This document shows, one piece after another, positions 10,384 to 20,354 of a DNA stretch of 64,000 nt. Source of the stretch: a virus; IMG/VR virus record IMGVR_UViG_3300045988_119396. One strand, written 5' to 3'. Under the pieces are notes generated by a model, which saw only the letters and a program-made list of their open reading frames with translations, ran no database searches and was not told the origin of the DNA. Made by a program: the position numbers and the translations under genes. Positions within the stretch are counted from its first letter, which is position 1; every line of letters starts with the position of its first letter.

Positions 10384-10922
10384 TAAGCCATATCCTCTAA
10401 CACATCTGGATTTCCAAACTCAACTCGTTGTATCATAATATCAATTTCTTTAACTAATTGTTTCTCCATAGATTGTAATTGCTCTAAATATTTATAACCT
10501 TGTACAGCTGCGTAATCTCTATCACCGATAGCCTTAACCATTAATTCTTCTGAATACTTCTTGTTACGCACCCATTCTAGTTTCATGGCTTTAGCTAACA
10601 TGATTTCTTCATATCTTGTAAGCCCAACATTGAATTGACCTTTCTTATAATCAACATCAAGTAAATCTTTGGCAATATAGTTTACAAAACCACCCAAAGC
10701 ATTGCTTAGGAAACCTTGTAATACTTCATCCAATTCACCATCAGCATTCTTAGCAATCGCAGCTATTTCATAACTGTCTATAGAATCTAGAAACAACTTA
10801 TATACTTTTTCAAAACTTGTATGTGGCTTTTCTCCCTCAACCACCGTTTCATTTTCATCAGTTGTTACTTCTTTATTTGCAATAGGTTGTTTCTCTACTA
10901 CTTTTTCTTCTTTATTATCCAA
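10383..10922 (-). CDS. hypothetical head-tail joining/structural protein
   Basis: 179-aa acidic ORF between the capsid and tail-associated genes. Confidence 0.35.
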   Translation of the reverse strand: MDNKEEKVVEKQPIANKEVTTDENETVVEGEKPHTSFEKVYKLFLDSIDSYEIAAIAKNADGELDEVLQGFLSNALGGFVNYIAKDLLDVDYKKGQFNVGLTRYEEIMLAKAMKLEWVRNKKYSEELMVKAIGDRDYAAVQGYKYLEQLQSMEKQLVKEIDIMIQRVEFGNPDVLEDMA

Positions 10923-10950
10923 TGACTAACACTCCCTTTCCAATGGAAGA

Positions 10951-11517
10951 TTAGCCTTTAACATATTCCAAGAATGTTTCATGCTCACTTTTAGGTCTTG
11001 TTGCCTTTAATGCTTGTAACTTGCTATAATCATTCAATTCATCGTTACGATATAAAACAACAGAACGTTCAATGATAGCTTTCTTGATACGACTTGATAG
11101 CTGTTCTTTATATTCTTCTAAAGAGCTATCTAAGATAAAATCATCAAGTTCTTCAAGGTCAATGTCGTATTCTTCTTCCATTTCTTCATCTGAAAGCCCA
11201 AGAATAGACTTAAAATATTCTTCATAACTGCGGTTCACACGTAAGCTACGTGCAATATCAATAACTGAATACTCGTCAGAATTTACGTCCACAATGACTA
11301 ATGAAAAGTCTTCTAAGTATCTCTTTAATTGACGTAAATCTTCAAAATTTACAAATTCTTCATCACCATGTTTTTCTAAATTTAGTGTTAATACTTTATT
11401 TGGTGATTGATATTCAAACATTCCATCTGTGTTATTTGCCACAGTAACTTCTAAATCTGCTGGAATTTGTTTTCTTACTCTCTTTTTTCTTTCATGATTT
11501 CTAGCCAACTCACTCAC
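10951..11517 (-). CDS. hypothetical structural protein
   Basis: 188-aa ORF downstream of the major capsid gene. Confidence 0.35.
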   Translation of the reverse strand: MSELARNHERKKRVRKQIPADLEVTVANNTDGMFEYQSPNKVLTLNLEKHGDEEFVNFEDLRQLKRYLEDFSLVIVDVNSDEYSVIDIARSLRVNRSYEEYFKSILGLSDEEMEEEYDIDLEELDDFILDSSLEEYKEQLSSRIKKAIIERSVVLYRNDELNDYSKLQALKATRPKSEHETFLEYVKG

Positions 11518-11593
11518 TCCAATCTCAATAGTTGCTAAAATCTTTACACATGATAAAGGAGTCGAACCTTTACCATGTAATCGCTTACAATAA

Positions 11594-12640
11594 TTAGCCT
11601 AATTTAGCCATACCGTAAACACGCATTTGCAATACTCCAACACCGAGTTTTCTACGTGTTGCAAATCCTAATTGCATAGATGTGTTAGATGTTTGGTCTG
11701 CTTCGTACACTTCTGTTGTACCTTCTGTAACAACACCAACAATCTTTTCGCCAGCTGGTAATACAATAACTTTGTCATCACCAATAGCAAATTCATCTGA
11801 GTTTGTCTTAAATGCTTGTGGAATTTCAATTAATTTCAAGCCACGAACCATACCTAAGTAACCTTTTTGGTTAAGTTCGTTCTTCATATCGCCACTGTAT
11901 AATTGAACATTGTCTAAAGCAGCAATCTTAGCTAATGCGGAAGCTGTACCATAAACAGCAACTTCTTTACCGCCAGACTTAATCTTGATACGTTGTGCTA
12001 ACTTAACAAGGCCATCAAGTGTTAGACTACCTTCAATTTTATCTGGTGTTCCTAACAATGTGTATGCTTGTTCTAAGCCTTCAGCAATACGTTCTTCAAT
12101 AAATGCTACAAAACCGTCAGCAACACGATTTACAAGGTCTGTCCAGTCAATATCACCAGCCATGAATTGTTCAAATTCAGCATATACAGCTGTTCCATAC
12201 CATTCTGTGTCGATTTTGAATGAACGACCTGTTACTGTTTGTCTACGCATATCGTTAGCGCCAGCAGCAATACGTCCTACACGTACGGCACGTGGGTCAT
12301 TGTATGTGAACAATGGTTTGTCGCCAAAGTTAGCTGTACGATAATCAGCAAATTGGTCTAATTGGTTCTTTAAACGTTCTGGGATAACAACATCTAATGC
12401 TGTTTGTAGAATACTAAATACTTCCCATTTGTTCTTTCCCCAAGATACTGAATTAAATACACCACCCATAGCGTCTTTAACAGCGTTACGTAATGCATCA
12501 GAAGCAGAAACGTTGTTAAATTCAAGGCTACGATTATGATAAGCGTCTTTAGCTAATTTTGCTAAATCATTCATTTGAACTGCCATACTTTTTAATCTCT
12601 CCCTTTCATTAACCGAATGCAATAACGAATACTTCGCCAT
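11594..12640 (-). CDS. major capsid protein (HK97-fold candidate)
   Basis: 348 aa, follows the protease-scaffold gene. Glycine/alanine-rich C-terminal half (GVVTEGTTEVYEADQ..LGFATRRKLGVGVLQMRVYGMAKLG) typical of HK97-like coat proteins. Confidence 0.55.
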   Translation of the reverse strand: MAKYSLLHSVNERERLKSMAVQMNDLAKLAKDAYHNRSLEFNNVSASDALRNAVKDAMGGVFNSVSWGKNKWEVFSILQTALDVVIPERLKNQLDQFADYRTANFGDKPLFTYNDPRAVRVGRIAAGANDMRRQTVTGRSFKIDTEWYGTAVYAEFEQFMAGDIDWTDLVNRVADGFVAFIEERIAEGLEQAYTLLGTPDKIEGSLTLDGLVKLAQRIKIKSGGKEVAVYGTASALAKIAALDNVQLYSGDMKNELNQKGYLGMVRGLKLIEIPQAFKTNSDEFAIGDDKVIVLPAGEKIVGVVTEGTTEVYEADQTSNTSMQLGFATRRKLGVGVLQMRVYGMAKLG

Positions 12641-13055
12641 CTACACCATGATTTTCTTTACCGATTACTAAGCCAACACCGTTGCCAGATGGAGCTTTCT
12701 TAAATCCTAAACCAGCGTCACCAACATCAACATGGTCGCCAACTACTGCACCAGATACTAAGTCTTTTGTTACAGAAATGATTGTACCTTCATCTTTGTG
12801 GTATGCACGTCCTGTATCTCCGTCTTTCAATGTAACGTTTGTTACGTCAAAGTGTGGGTCACCATAGCTAATTACTTCTGGTGCTAAGAATACATTTGCG
12901 TCTGCATTTCCTGTTGCTTTTTCTACCAAGCGGCGTTCTCCATCAGCGTCTAATACACCTAATTTGAAGAATTGTCCTGGCTTAACTTCTTCTTTGATTG
13001 CGATAGATTCTACGTGAGCTGTTGCAGCTACTCTATCTAAAAATACTTGTGCCAT
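12609..13055 (-). CDS. putative head decoration / minor capsid protein
   Basis: 148-aa Gly/Val/Asp-rich beta-type sequence located between the scaffold and capsid genes. 32-bp overlap with the capsid gene start. Confidence 0.3.
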   Translation of the reverse strand: MAQVFLDRVAATAHVESIAIKEEVKPGQFFKLGVLDADGERRLVEKATGNADANVFLAPEVISYGDPHFDVTNVTLKDGDTGRAYHKDEGTIISVTKDLVSGAVVGDHVDVGDAGLGFKKAPSGNGVGLVIGKENHGVDGEVFVIAFG

Positions 13056-13075
13056 ATTTAATAACTACGTCCTTT

Positions 13076-14644
13076 CTAATTATGGAATAAAGCGTTCGCA
13101 GCACCGTAACCAAAATCTTCACTAAAGTTATGGGCTTGTACTGCTACTTTTTTGTTGTTTTCTGTATTTGCACTAAAGTTTGCTCCAGACTTGTAAAGAG
13201 TAAGAGCAATTTCCTTTTGTACGTCTTCAAATGACATAGCAGAGAAGTTATTTTGAATACTTTCGTATGCTTCCTTGCTCATCAATGACTTGGATTTATC
13301 CAATTCTTTTTGTTTTTTATCTTTTTCATTGTCAGCTTGATATTGTTCAAGTTCTGCCAAGCGTGCTTGTAATTCTGCTACTTCTTGACGTTGAGCTTCT
13401 ACTTTTGCCACTTCGTCAAGTGTTAAGTAAGTTGGAACTACTTCTGTGTATTCACCCAATTTAACTGAACCGTCAGCATTCAATGAGTAGTTGTAGTCGT
13501 AGTATTTGTTTTTTTCTTCGCCCCATGTACGAACGATTACATGGTCATCAAAGACATCAACTACATACGCACTAGAATTTGTTGCATCATAAACAGCGTT
13601 CTCAACAGCATTAATTTTATTTCTAAGAGATAATTCAAATTCTGACTTACCTTTTTCTTTTTCATCATCTTCGCTACCCTCGTCTTCTGTGTCTTCTGGG
13701 TCTTTTTCATCATCTGCAAAGTCTTTCTTTTTCTTACTCTTTGAGCCACCACATGAAAAATCCTCATTACCTTCATTTGAAACACTTTCATCTTTGTCTT
13801 TATTATCACCTGATTTAGGTTCTTCTGTGGACATTTCAGTGTGGTCGTCACCAGAACTTTCTTTGCCATTATCTTTGGATTCTGATTCGGACTTGCCTTC
13901 AACAGTAGCCTTTGCTGGTTCTTTTTCAGTTGCTTTTTCTTCGTGCTTTTCTGTGTCTTCAACAACTTCTTTGTTGTTTTTCTTCTTGTTGCTTTCAGCC
14001 AAGACCATTTCTCCTTTCTGGGCTGCAAATTCAGCCATCATGGTTTTGATTGTTTCTTTAATTTCATTTCTTTCAAACTCTGTTGAGATTGTTGAACCTG
14101 TCATAGCTGGTGGAACATCGTCACCTAAGATACATAAGCCAGCAAACTTACCATCTTCAAAAACAATACGTCCTTGATTGTCTATATATCCGTCAGTGTC
14201 AATGATTTCCATAGATTGACCTTTAGAACCATTTGAGTTTTCAAACAATCCCATAACTTCATCAAATCTAGTCCATAGATAACCATCTGCTACTAACCAT
14301 TCCTTACCACCTGTTGTTTCAAAGTGAGCATTGTGGTCTTCACCAATAAAACCATAAGCATTGGTCTTAAAGTTAATTTCTATGTCATGACCGTTCCAAG
14401 TAATCTCTTTGCCATGCCCTCTAAAATCATCTTCATCATTACCGTTCTTACCGATAACACCTAAGATAGGAACATGGGCTAGAGTAGGACTCATCTTTTC
14501 TAATACTTCTTTTGAAAAGACTGAATTATTAAGGTTCTCCCCTGTATGAGCGATATAGATTTTAACCTTTTGAAATCTGGTATCGGGCTCAACCTCACCA
14601 ATTTCAAAGTGAGTGGGAAGGTTAATGTTTTTTAATCTAATCAT
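13076..14644 (-). CDS. prohead protease-scaffolding fusion protein
   Basis: 522 aa. The N-terminal ~200 aa resemble caudoviral prohead proteases (AHVPILGVIGKNG...ADGYLW). The middle is an acidic low-complexity linker. The C-terminal is coiled coil (VEAQRQEVAELQARLAELEQYQADNEKDKKQKELDK). Sits immediately after the portal gene. Confidence 0.5.
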   Translation of the reverse strand: MIRLKNINLPTHFEIGEVEPDTRFQKVKIYIAHTGENLNNSVFSKEVLEKMSPTLAHVPILGVIGKNGNDEDDFRGHGKEITWNGHDIEINFKTNAYGFIGEDHNAHFETTGGKEWLVADGYLWTRFDEVMGLFENSNGSKGQSMEIIDTDGYIDNQGRIVFEDGKFAGLCILGDDVPPAMTGSTISTEFERNEIKETIKTMMAEFAAQKGEMVLAESNKKKNNKEVVEDTEKHEEKATEKEPAKATVEGKSESESKDNGKESSGDDHTEMSTEEPKSGDNKDKDESVSNEGNEDFSCGGSKSKKKKDFADDEKDPEDTEDEGSEDDEKEKGKSEFELSLRNKINAVENAVYDATNSSAYVVDVFDDHVIVRTWGEEKNKYYDYNYSLNADGSVKLGEYTEVVPTYLTLDEVAKVEAQRQEVAELQARLAELEQYQADNEKDKKQKELDKSKSLMSKEAYESIQNNFSAMSFEDVQKEIALTLYKSGANFSANTENNKKVAVQAHNFSEDFGYGAANALFHN

Positions 14645-14665
14645 TTCTAACTTCCTTTTTCTCCG

Positions 14666-16174
14666 CTATTTCTCGCCATCTAACCTATCAGTATCATCAG
14701 TTGGGTTATCCGTTACTGGTCTGCCTCGACCCTGCTCACTCACTTCATTAGCCGAGATTGTGTTAGATGTTGGTTTTACAATCATCAAATCGTCAATACC
14801 TAATGCTTGTTGTTCAAAACTTAATTGGGAAACTATTTCAGAAGGTGAGAAACCATTAGCAGCTAGATAATTCAAGCGTGAACCGCCATAAGATAATTGG
14901 TCTTTTTGTAGTGCCACATCATCTTTTAAGGTAAATGTCGTTTGTCTTACGAACTTAATGGCCCACTTGACCTTATCCTTCGTTTTAACTTGTGCTATTT
15001 CACTGTTGTAATAGTTCTCTAATAATGGGAATAGGTTTGTATAAACCCAATTTGCGTCTTTTTGAATGGAAGTTTTGACAATGTTGGCACTTGTTGTATC
15101 GCCACCGAATAATGGGGCTGGTGTACCAACATCAAAGAATAGTTGCTCGGTTGATTTTTTAACTGTATCAAGAGCGTTTGTGTTACCAGAATTGGTTAAA
15201 GGAACGTTTTCCAATTTAGTAGGCGTTGTAACATTAACTACACCTTTTGGAAGTCTTGAACGAATTGCACTGTCATAAACTTTAGCTTCCTTAGCTGTCA
15301 TAAGAATACGACCATCATTATCGACTGGAATTTTAGAATGTAAAATACGAGTGGTGTCAATACCATCTTTGATATCGACATTGTTTTTAGCTTGTGCCAC
15401 AGACATAATATCCAGTAATACACCAGCAAACGGTGAAACTGCTAAGCCACCATAATCTAATACACTAGAGTCAAATGTAAATGCGACACCTTTTTCTGAT
15501 ACAAAGTAATATCTGTTGTTATACCAAGAGTTTTCATCAGTTGCATTACCGTTTTGATATTGCTCATAAGCTGTTTGTAATTCTTCTGGTAATGTTGTTA
15601 AAAAGTCTTGCTTGAATTTTGTGACGTCTATCATAAAGCGATAAACACCATTTTCAATACCACGAATTTTGCACCATTCAATAGGAAACTTCATAAATGA
15701 TATTCCGTCTGAGTCTTCTACCTTGTAGTAGAAAGTAACTCCTTCTATAAGTGTGTCCCTAAAAAATATGGGTGCGTAATACTTGATATTGTATTGTTCC
15801 AATGCGTATGCAATATCTATATAATCATTACGCATATTCACTGTGTCTATGTCATAGACTTTGTTACCTAAGATAGGTTTAATTGCGAAATTGTATGTGG
15901 GTAATGATTGATAGTAATCAATTACTTTGGCCAAAACACCATACTTATTAACACTATCTCGAATAGTCGCAGCTATCTGTGGTGCATTGTCATATGGTCG
16001 TTGCAGATAAGTAGCAACGTTACTCTTTTCAGTAGCTCCAGTAGTTGTAGGTTTTAACCCAGCTTTAGGGTCTGCTACAATATTTGCAAACTCTTCACGT
16101 TTTGCTTGGATAGCTCTAAAATTACGTCTTGGCTTTTTTCTTTGTCCTCTCACATCTTCACCTACCTTATACAA
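14666..16174 (-). CDS. portal protein
   Basis: 502 aa, directly downstream of and overlapping (8 bp) the terminase large subunit gene. Size and position are typical of a portal. Confidence 0.6.
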   Translation of the reverse strand: MYKVGEDVRGQRKKPRRNFRAIQAKREEFANIVADPKAGLKPTTTGATEKSNVATYLQRPYDNAPQIAATIRDSVNKYGVLAKVIDYYQSLPTYNFAIKPILGNKVYDIDTVNMRNDYIDIAYALEQYNIKYYAPIFFRDTLIEGVTFYYKVEDSDGISFMKFPIEWCKIRGIENGVYRFMIDVTKFKQDFLTTLPEELQTAYEQYQNGNATDENSWYNNRYYFVSEKGVAFTFDSSVLDYGGLAVSPFAGVLLDIMSVAQAKNNVDIKDGIDTTRILHSKIPVDNDGRILMTAKEAKVYDSAIRSRLPKGVVNVTTPTKLENVPLTNSGNTNALDTVKKSTEQLFFDVGTPAPLFGGDTTSANIVKTSIQKDANWVYTNLFPLLENYYNSEIAQVKTKDKVKWAIKFVRQTTFTLKDDVALQKDQLSYGGSRLNYLAANGFSPSEIVSQLSFEQQALGIDDLMIVKPTSNTISANEVSEQGRGRPVTDNPTDDTDRLDGEK

Positions 16175-17723
16175 ATATGAAATCTAATAAATTACGACTA
16201 GCTTCTTCTGCTCTTAAATCTTTTTCCAATTCATTAGCATAGAAGTTACCGTATGCGATAGAACTGTATCTATCTTTTGTTGTTGTACCTACTTCTCTGA
16301 TACGGATTTTACCTTCACGTACTTCGTATTCTAGGTTAACCAACTCATTAACTAGAGCTGTTGCTTGGTTAAATGAATACAATTCTCTTTGTTGTTCCTC
16401 TACTGATTTCTTCATAAAACCACCAGAGTTAACTAAATCTTCACGCTTTTCAATGTGGTTAATTGGTAATCTCAATTTTCCACTTTCAATAGCTGAATTT
16501 AGTGATTGAGCAATTTCGTTGTTAAATGCTGCGGAAGCCTTAACCGTATATACAATAGGTAAACCATGTGTTTTTGTACGTTCATTAGTTGCTTCATCAT
16601 TCATACTTGCCCAAGCTGGATAATCTTCATCACGTTCTTGGTCATGTAGAACTGTTGCACATGCGTCAAAAACACCTAAACCATTTCCGTTTGCGTCCAT
16701 TACTACATAATCGGCTTGGAAGTCGTTATATAGTTGTTTCAATCTAATAGCTAAATTCTGACTGGAGATACTATCGTTAATACTTTCAAGGTAAACGACC
16801 TCTCTACGATAACTATCACCATCTCTTATTAATCTGAAACATGTAAATGCGGAAGTATCGTTTTTAACGTTTTTATTACCACCCATAAGAGCAATATCCA
16901 GTGAGATAATTCTTATTTCATCAATATCCCTACGTTTAGGCATATTTGATAACTTTTTAGGTTGTGATAAGTTCTTATTCTCTAGATATTCTCGATTTGT
17001 AGGTGGAATAAATGTCTTATTTAATGTTCTAATCTTGTTTAATTTGTCTAATTTGAAGTAAGCCTTGTCATTTTCACCGACAAATATAGCTTCATATTCC
17101 ATATCAAAACCATTTTGGTCGAAACTATCACTGGTTCTTTCATCATTAACAATCTGTTTTGTTAACAAACCATGATGTATTGATAACTGATATGGTAAAT
17201 CTGCTACGAAATATTTGTCGCCTTTGAGCATTTTCTTTAAATATGCTTGAAATTCGTCCCAAGACCAATGTGATTTCCACCATGCAGATGAAATATAAAT
17301 CTGTTTATTTTCTTCTTTTGGATAATCTTTATATTCTGGCAAAGTTAAATATCTTGGTTGTCTAACTACGTTTAAGAATGGCTTTAAAACCTTATCTAAT
17401 ACTGTTTTGTTAACCATACGGAACTCATCAACAATTAAGATATTGGCACGAATACCACGTGAATTATCGTTAGAAGTTACAGCTTGTATCTTAGAACCGT
17501 TTTTAAACTTAACATAGGCTTCATTGTAACTTGTTTTGATATTATCTCGTCTATTTCCTATTTCAAATCGCAACGCTGCATTTTCATCATAGAATTTGTC
17601 AATCTTTTCAGATATGATTTTTGCAGCCTGTCCTTTTGTACCAGCGGCAAGTGCAATGTTCGTTCCTGGATATAAAACACAGCGAACAATGCAATACCAC
17701 GCAATCAAAAAGCTCTTACCTTG
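16167..17723 (-). CDS. terL: terminase large subunit, exon 2 (Walker A GKS onward, Walker B ILIVDEF, nuclease domain)
   Basis: The reading frame stays open upstream of the ORF-track TTG start and reads QGKSFLIAWYCIV (Walker A lysine/serine). Walker B ANILIVDEFRMV. The N-terminal part of the protein is encoded separately at 18003-18197. Confidence 0.75.
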   Translation of the reverse strand, partial: QGKSFLIAWYCIVRCVLYPGTNIALAAGTKGQAAKIISEKIDKFYDENAALRFEIGNRRDNIKTSYNEAYVKFKNGSKIQAVTSNDNSRGIRANILIVDEFRMVNKTVLDKVLKPFLNVVRQPRYLTLPEYKDYPKEENKQIYISSAWWKSHWSWDEFQAYLKKMLKGDKYFVADLPYQLSIHHGLLTKQIVNDERTSDSFDQNGFDMEYEAIFVGENDKAYFKLDKLNKIRTLNKTFIPPTNREYLENKNLSQPKKLSNMPKRRDIDEIRIISLDIALMGGNKNVKNDTSAFTCFRLIRDGDSYRREVVYLESINDSISSQNLAIRLKQLYNDFQADYVVMDANGNGLGVFDACATVLHDQERDEDYPAWASMNDEATNERTKTHGLPIVYTVKASAAFNNEIAQSLNSAIESGKLRLPINHIEKREDLVNSGGFMKKSVEEQQRELYSFNQATALVNELVNLEYEVREGKIRIREVGTTTKDRYSSIAYGNFYANELEKDLRAEEASRNLLDFIFV

Positions 17724-18002
17724 CTTTGCCCCTTATTAAGCGGGTTTGAGAGTTTTTTATCTCCCAACCCTAATCTTTCAACTAGGAATGGCATATCTTT
17801 TCACCCACAACGTTACTTGCTAGGGTGGTGCGACCTCGTGGCAACATTATATTCTCAGTGAGTTTCAGTTGCTATGCTCTGCCCCTGTCTAGTCTTTTAA
17901 AACTAGCCTTCGGTTCTGATTACCATATCTTTCGACTTAGGCTTCCAGCTTAATTTCGCACTAATAATCTAACCAATTACTTGACTAGACGACCAATTTA
18001 AG
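17724..18002 (-). ncRNA. group-I-like self-splicing intron interrupting terL (boundaries +/- a few nt)
   Basis: ~279 nt with no ORF, splitting the terminase Walker A motif. Exon 1 ends ..YIAARG with U at the splice site. The insert ends in G before CAAGGTAAGAGC. Joining gives YIAARGQGKSF. The insert contains paired elements resembling group I P7/R-S sequences (AGACUAGACAGG ... AAGAUAUGCCAUUCCUAGUUG). Confidence 0.55.
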
Positions 18003-18197
18003 ACCACGTGCTGCGATATACATGAATTTGTCGTCCTTATTCATCATATAGAACAAGAAACGTTGGAATGGATGCAGATGAGTACCAAAATAGTCTTCCA
18101 TGAAACGATGTGGGTTTTGTCTATAAAAACCTATCCATTCAGCAAAATTCTCGGCTTTCTTTTGGAGATAACTACTCTGTTCCCTCATACAATTCAT
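18003..18197 (-). CDS. terL: terminase large subunit, exon 1 (N-terminal region up to Walker A AARG)
   Basis: 70-aa ORF ending ..HPFQRFLFYMMNKDDKFMYIAARG, the classic terminase N-terminus preceding GKS/T. SD GAGGTG sits upstream. The in-frame stop lies within the intron. Confidence 0.7.
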
Positions 18198-18960
18198 TCA
18201 CCTCTTCTTCACTTGCCATACCAAAGTTGCGTTTGAGTGGGGTGATATACCACTTAGTTAAGTATTCGGCATATCCATCTACGTCTTCATACTCTTTACG
18301 AGTAGGAACAGGCTTTGTTGCTTCCCAGTGTCTAATGCTTTCGCCCACGCTTTCGATTTTATCTTCTTTGGTATTTAATACTGCTTCTAGTCCCAATGTC
18401 TTACAATCATCTTCGTACGCTTTACGTAACGCTGGGATAGCCTTCACATCATTTTCTTCAAACGCTCTATCTAAAGCAATCTTTAACTTGACATTGGAGA
18501 TGTATTTTTCAACCTCAAACTTGGTTGCTGGTTCTTTAATTGCATAAAGGTTTCGTAGTGACAATTCCAAAACTTCAATTTCGCTAGTTTCATAGCCCGT
18601 ACCCCAACGAGCTTTCATTTCATCGGTTATTACGAAGCCTTCTTGTTTATCTTGGTCTTCGTATTCAAAAACGGAACTGGCAAAGCCATCCATCCAAACC
18701 TTACTAATGCGTGATTTGTAAGTAGACCATGCTACATTCTTCTTTCCGCTTTCTACCGTATTTTCGTATTTGTCAATCAAGAAAGGCATGTTGAGTAGAA
18801 GACACATATCAATAAATGATTGTTTGTTTTCTAGTTCAACATTTCGATTTGAACAACTTCGACAAACTCCGAAACCATTTTCAGATAAAAGAGTATTGTT
18901 GCTATCAATCAAACTCTTTTTATTGTGGCAGAATACGCATATTCCTTCTTTATTCGCCAT
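18172..18960 (-). CDS. putative terminase small subunit (N-terminal Zn-ribbon CVFC...CRSC)
   Basis: 262 aa, immediately upstream of terL and overlapping it. Assigned by position and size. Cys4 motif at the N-terminus. Confidence 0.4.
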   Translation of the reverse strand: MANKEGICVFCHNKKSLIDSNNTLLSENGFGVCRSCSNRNVELENKQSFIDMCLLLNMPFLIDKYENTVESGKKNVAWSTYKSRISKVWMDGFASSVFEYEDQDKQEGFVITDEMKARWGTGYETSEIEVLELSLRNLYAIKEPATKFEVEKYISNVKLKIALDRAFEENDVKAIPALRKAYEDDCKTLGLEAVLNTKEDKIESVGESIRHWEATKPVPTRKEYEDVDGYAEYLTKWYITPLKRNFGMASEEEVNELYEGTE

Positions 18961-19138
18961 CTAAATCACTCTCTCTCAATTCTAATGTATGTAGTGCATT
19001 TACTAGGTTATTCAAAGTTTTTGCGTAACGTTCTAGGTCTGCCATATCATGAATATCTAAGTCAGCCTTATTTGCTAAAACTGATATTTTATTCATGATA
19101 TTCTTAATGTCGCAACGGAGCTGAATAATTTCTTTCAA
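18950..19138 (-). CDS. hypothetical small protein
   Basis: 62-aa ORF, first gene of the late operon. Overlaps the downstream gene start. Confidence 0.35.
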   Translation of the reverse strand: MKEIIQLRCDIKNIMNKISVLANKADLDIHDMADLERYAKTLNNLVNALHTLELRESDLDGE

Positions 19139-19380
19139 ATATTCTCTTCTCCTTTCTTCTACGATTTCAAAAACATAGAAGCCAGTTAATTGCTAAGCTG
19201 TTTTTATTTATAAAGGAGGTGTCTTCAACTACTGGTCTATGCTCATGAAATCGCAGAAGGACTGCGATATATTAAATATGGCTATGATTTGAACCCTAAA
19301 CCCTCTCACAGCTCTCACGTTGGTTTTCTTATCTCATGCTATGTTGTAGCCACAAGATAAAGGAGTGTTTCAAGTATTTC

Positions 19381-19659
19381 TTATTTCTTCAACTTTTCAG
19401 CTAACTTAACTTTATGACGATAACCAGCTGGTACTATAACAGTTTCACCTGTGAATCCTAACTTACGGTCATGTTCTTCTTGGTATACTGTTTCAAAAGT
19501 TGCAAAGCCTGTTAAACGTAATGTCTTGTTTTCTGCTAAGACATCTTTAACACCAGAAATAACGATTTCTAATGCTTCCGCTGCAACTTTCTTTGTAATT
19601 TGGTTATCTGCTGCGATTTTTGCTACAAAATCTGCTTTGTTTAATGTTTCTACTGCCAT
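19381..19659 (-). CDS. HU/IHF-family histone-like DNA-binding protein
   Basis: MAVETLNKADFVAKIAA...KKVAAEALE...GFATFETVYQEEHDRKLGFTGETVIVPAGYRHKVKLAEKL matches the HU fold signature (GFGxFE..R..RNP.TGE..I.A). SD AAGAAAGAGG precedes the ATG at 19659. The ORF track started further upstream. Confidence 0.75.
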   Translation of the reverse strand: MAVETLNKADFVAKIAADNQITKKVAAEALEIVISGVKDVLAENKTLRLTGFATFETVYQEEHDRKLGFTGETVIVPAGYRHKVKLAEKLKK

Positions 19660-20024
19660 AAAATGAACCTCTTTCTTGCCTCTCACTCTCTCATGAGGCA
19701 CTTTAATTATTATTGGAAACGCTTACATTATTAAACGTAAGCAAACCCTCCTTCTATATACTTTGCAAAGTTATGTGTAATATATACACTTTTTTAGGAC
19801 ATTTTTGCTAAATTTTTTTCAAAAAAAATAGAATAATCACGAAAAATCATGACTATTCTAAGGTTATTTCATATTAAAAAATACACATTCCGTAATTGTC
19901 CAAGAGCTTAATTACCGACATTCAAAAATCAGACTTAAATAGTTTTGAGTATAATTATACTTGGCGGATAGGTTACGTTATTTTCGCTCCAAACGTTTGG
20001 GCATTCTACAGAAATTACGACATT

Positions 20025-20342
20025 CTAACGTTTATTTCTTTTAAGATTTTCAGCCAACTTTTGTCTTTGCTTTTCAGTTAGTTTTCTCTTCTTACTTATT
20101 CCAACGTTACCATCAATAATATATCCTTCTACCATCACTAATTGCCCACTATTGACGCTGTAACCTTTTCTATATCTCTTACTTTCATCAATAAATTTCT
20201 CATACTTTCGAGCATGTTTTGGAACATCACTGTAGATATGCCATTGGTCGACCTCTTCTTCATAGGTCAAAATCGTTTCTCGTTCTTCCCTACTTGGGAC
20301 TTGCCAATCTTTGATGATTTGTTCTGTCATTTTATTGCTCAT
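20025..20342 (-). CDS. hypothetical basic protein
   Basis: 105-aa ORF with a basic tail, KKRKLTEKQRQKLAENLKRNKR. Confidence 0.4.
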   Translation of the reverse strand: MSNKMTEQIIKDWQVPSREERETILTYEEEVDQWHIYSDVPKHARKYEKFIDESKRYRKGYSVNSGQLVMVEGYIIDGNVGISKKRKLTEKQRQKLAENLKRNKR

Positions 20343-20354
20343 TAACTAACCTCT

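Noticed and set aside
13561-14177. ORFs 13561..14028 (-) and 13689..14177 (+) overlapping the protease-scaffold gene
   Set aside because: Alternative-frame or antisense readings of the acidic Lys/Glu/Ser-rich linker region. Poly-K or poly-S low complexity.
17724-18002. Intein or group II intron as explanation for the split terL
   Set aside because: The insert has stop codons in all frames, so it is not an intein. At ~280 nt it is far too small for a group II intron, and no RT/maturase ORF is present.
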